Of a stretch of DNA of 64,000 nucleotides, positions 60,740 through 64,000 are shown piece by piece. The notes under the pieces were generated by a model. The model saw only the letters and a program-made list of their open reading frames with translations. It made no database searches and had not been told where the DNA came from. The DNA is from Eutreptiella sp. 'Long Island Sound 2002' (Eukaryota > Protista > Euglenida), in assembly GCA_964036045.1 (NCBI GenBank), contig OZ038379.1, positions 20,832,001 to 20,896,000 on the forward strand. Direction: 5' to 3'. Within the stretch, counting starts at the first letter, position 1; each line of letters opens with the position of its first letter. A program made the translations under genes and the position numbers.

Positions 60740-61010
60740 TAACTCGCTCACACACACACACCCAACCAGAGGCCCCCTAAAGTCAGCCCCGAAAGAGTGG
60801 AGAAGGGGCGTTGTTCCTTCGTTCTTGTTGAGCCCCAAGAAAGGTGCCCGCCCTTGAAACTGATTGCTGTGCCAGGATGCTATGCGGAAAACTGCCGAGC
60901 TCGTCTGCTCGTAACGAGCGTCATATTGATTGCTTTGTCGAACCAAATCTCCGAAGTTTTTTTCCTTCATGCTCCTTAGACACAGATTCACCCTTCCCAC
61001 ATGCTGAATT
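60740..61010 (-). CDS. Possible exon of an unidentified minus-strand gene
   Basis: A tttttaattcag acceptor followed by an open, protein-like frame (RSMKEKNFGDLVRQSNQYDARYEQ...FLGLNKNEG); further candidate exons to ~62030 are unresolved. Confidence 0.25.
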
Positions 61011-62978
61011 AAAAAATAACCAACGCAGGAGCCACTCATTGCATGCACAGGCACGCCAAACACTTGCACCTACACACCAAACTGCAAACACACAGACCAG
61101 TTCCAGTGTCACATTGCATTGCTTTGTTCTCACGGCCACAGCCACTGTTTTGGGTTCGGTATTGGGCTGAATCCCAGTGAACATTTGCAAACATTGACAT
61201 CCCAAAAGTACACGTTGTTCTGCTTTACCATGTATGGATGTGAATCTGGTGTTAGTTTCTGCGGTAAATCCAAAAGTTATTCTTGTGGTTGGGAGCAGCA
61301 AAGAAGGATGAATTATGTCTGCAGTGGTTGGTGCCAGCCAGCCTGGGTGAAAACCAAGGTGCACAAAATTAGCAGCATACATCCAAGAGCTTCGAGGAAT
61401 TAGTAATATCCGGAACTCCATTGCATTAACAGCAGCCACTTAGAGAGCACCACACAAAGCAATAGCATCCCTGGAGGGCCCCAAATTTGCAGAAGAAATG
61501 CGAGTGAAAAGCACAGAAAATGCTTATCTAGTCCAATTATTAGCTGGTCCAATTATTAGCAACGAACACACAAAAAGTAAAAGATCCTGCCTTTTAGTGC
61601 CCCACGAAGAGTTTTGCAATCAAAAGTTACGGCATTATTGGTGTTCCACGAAATGTTACAATGCTGCATGCCATTTTCCAATCATACCGCGCGCCCAATT
61701 TAGGCAAGGACATAAGCATCAATGAATATTGCCTTTGTGTTTTATGATTTTATGTTGTGGATGGCACAATCGACACAACAGCTGTGGTGTGCTCAGCTCG
61801 GTCATGAATCAACGTGCATGAATACACAGAAGCCACAGATTCCTATTCTGTAGTGTCACAGTGAAAGTCAAAGTGAACAAGCTGTATCGGGCACCAAGGT
61901 TAGATTCGTATGCTGTGTTTGTTGCAGTGGTAAGATTGAAATCTGTCTGTTGTTTGGGTGTTGTCCATTTTGCCAAAGCAAGGCTTGGGTTAGAAATTGT
62001 CAAATACAATACAAGCATTGCCTGCAAGTTGAAAATTGATTTGTATCATCCGGAGTTCTTCATGCTAGACTTCATGCTGTGAGTCTATGGCATGCCGACA
62101 ACAACAACATTCGTAAGCAGTTCATTTTATGACTGCATTATCCCCTCTGTGCTGTAGGCCCTAGCTACGTTGTGCAAACCAGCTCGTTTGTTGTGCGCTA
62201 GATGAGTGTCAGCTGCTGTGCGCGGACGCTCATGTGCTGGTGCAAGGTTGCACGGTAGTTATTTGGGGGCTATTTCGTAGGCCGGAGCTATAGTGTGGTG
62301 ATTTGTTTGTCTCTTTTTCATTTTGTAGGCGCCATTCAACATGCCCGAGCAGTCTATCGGACAGTCAGTCCGTCTGTCGGTCTATTTGTCCGTTTCCGGT
62401 TCTGTTTTGGCTGTTTTGTCATTGGTGGGAATCGTTGTTCAGGTTGCACCTCTTGGCGCTACACCATGCCAACTCTTGCTTGACTATGACGCCAGTGTGG
62501 CAGCGAGGCTCTGCATCCTTTCTCTCCGCCAGTGCGGGCCTTTTGTTTTTGTGTCGCGTTGTCATCCTTCACGACGCCGTGACGCGCTTCTGGCTACAGT
62601 GTGCACTGGATGCATGAGTGTACTTGGTGGCTTTTGTTTATCATGGCGCACAATCGTTAGTGTGACAGGGTGCGCTTCCGCGCCTCTTTTTGCCAACATC
62701 TATTTGTGGATCTCCAAGTTTTTGCACTATTGTGACTGTTTAGGTTTTTGGGTCCCTATCTTGTTTCAAATCCTTTGAGCCTGCGGTGCTATGGCGCTTG
62801 ACAGAGAGTGTTTTTTAGTTTTGTGACCTTGTCACTTGGTGCTAGGGCTGAGGCCTCACCTTACCACAAATTTTGAAATTTCATCTTAGGCATCATCTCC
62901 GCTAGGGTAGGGTGAGGCCCGTGGTTTCGTGTTGGTTGTTTGCCGTTGAGCCTTTTTGTTGAACTGGCTAGTAGAGCC

Positions 62979-63203
<225 letters not shown>

Positions 63204-63522
63204 GTCTGCCTAGAGGGGCATTCAGCTTCGCTGCACAGGTGGACAATCGATAAGCCGATGGACCTACGGTGGAAACAGGTTTGTTGAAAAAATAAAGTAC
63301 AGAACAAACACAAAGGGAATACAAAATGAACATGTTTCAACTAGACACAAACCAGAAGTTGAGTACAGAAACAGGAAACAAAAATAAGAAAAAAAGGGGG
63401 TGACATAAAACAGGGCCATTTTCAGCCCAACCAGAAAGGGCAGTTTTCAGCCCCACACCCCACCCTAGCCTAGAGATTCACCCCGCAAACGTAATTCCAT
63501 TTTACACAAAATTTTTTTGTAG

Positions 63523-63650
63523 GTACACGGGTCTACTCAATCACACCCCCCTGCTTGGAGGGGTTCGTTGTCAAGGGGGGCTACCGGTCCTGCCCTGCGA
63601 TGCAATGCGGGACAACCTTGACAACGGGCCCCGTCGGTCTTGGGTGTAGG
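63523..63650 (+). CDS. Possible small exon (YTGLLNHTPLLGGVRCQGGLPVLPCDAMRDNLDNGPRRSW)
   Basis: Strong tttttttgtag acceptor ending at 63522; open, protein-like frame ending at a GT or a stop. Confidence 0.25.
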
Positions 63651-64000
63651 TTAGAGCCTCTTGACTCCGTGGTCGCTTGTACTGGGTTACAGCACCATAC
63701 GCGTGCACTACTGGAAAAAATGTGGGGTGAAATCTCTGAGGCAAGTAGAGGCAGGGTGGAGAACAAGGGAAGTAACACAGGGGTATACAACATGCAGAGA
63801 CAAAGGCACACTTACAAACACACGGCACACTTGTGCGCGCACATCCAATGGCAGGGCCCGGAGGTGCACACTCGCCCGGAGGGCGTCACAGAGTGTGGGC
63901 CTCGCGGTGGCGGCCGTGGAGCACGTGGTGGTGCACGCTCAGACAAACAAGAGATTCCACAAACCACTCACGTACATACAACAAACGGTAAGCAAATGCA

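Overview
Eukaryotic, repeat-rich genomic DNA with short GT-AG introns and no bacterial operon or CRISPR features. The repeat families resemble those I associate with euglenid (Eutreptiella-like) assemblies, but that taxonomic call is inference. Most of the window is a graveyard of nested, decayed transposons. Recognisable host genes are few: an intronless DUF4336/MBL-fold gene (8.3-9.2 kb), and a compact cluster near the right end with an atypical eIF4E-family gene, an RNI-like LRR gene and a 5-exon tail-anchored cytochrome b5. The two most notable signals are DNA-modification enzyme relics in mobile-element context. The first is a ~2.9 kb TIR-bounded element (12621-15518) whose disrupted ORF ends in a TET/JBP-like 2OG-Fe(II) dioxygenase domain. 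The second is an intronless, decayed C5-cytosine methyltransferase (~33.3-34.8 kb) with motifs I, IV, VI, VIII, TRD, IX and X in order. Also notable are a 2014-bp TIR element with a perfect 10-bp TSD inserted into a Penelope-like RT relic, an eIF4E with Arg at the conserved W73 position that may be fused to the LRR gene, and a candidate non-canonical intron. All domain calls are by-eye motif recognition with no database search. Some frameshifts could be assembly errors, since long G/C homopolymers are frequent.
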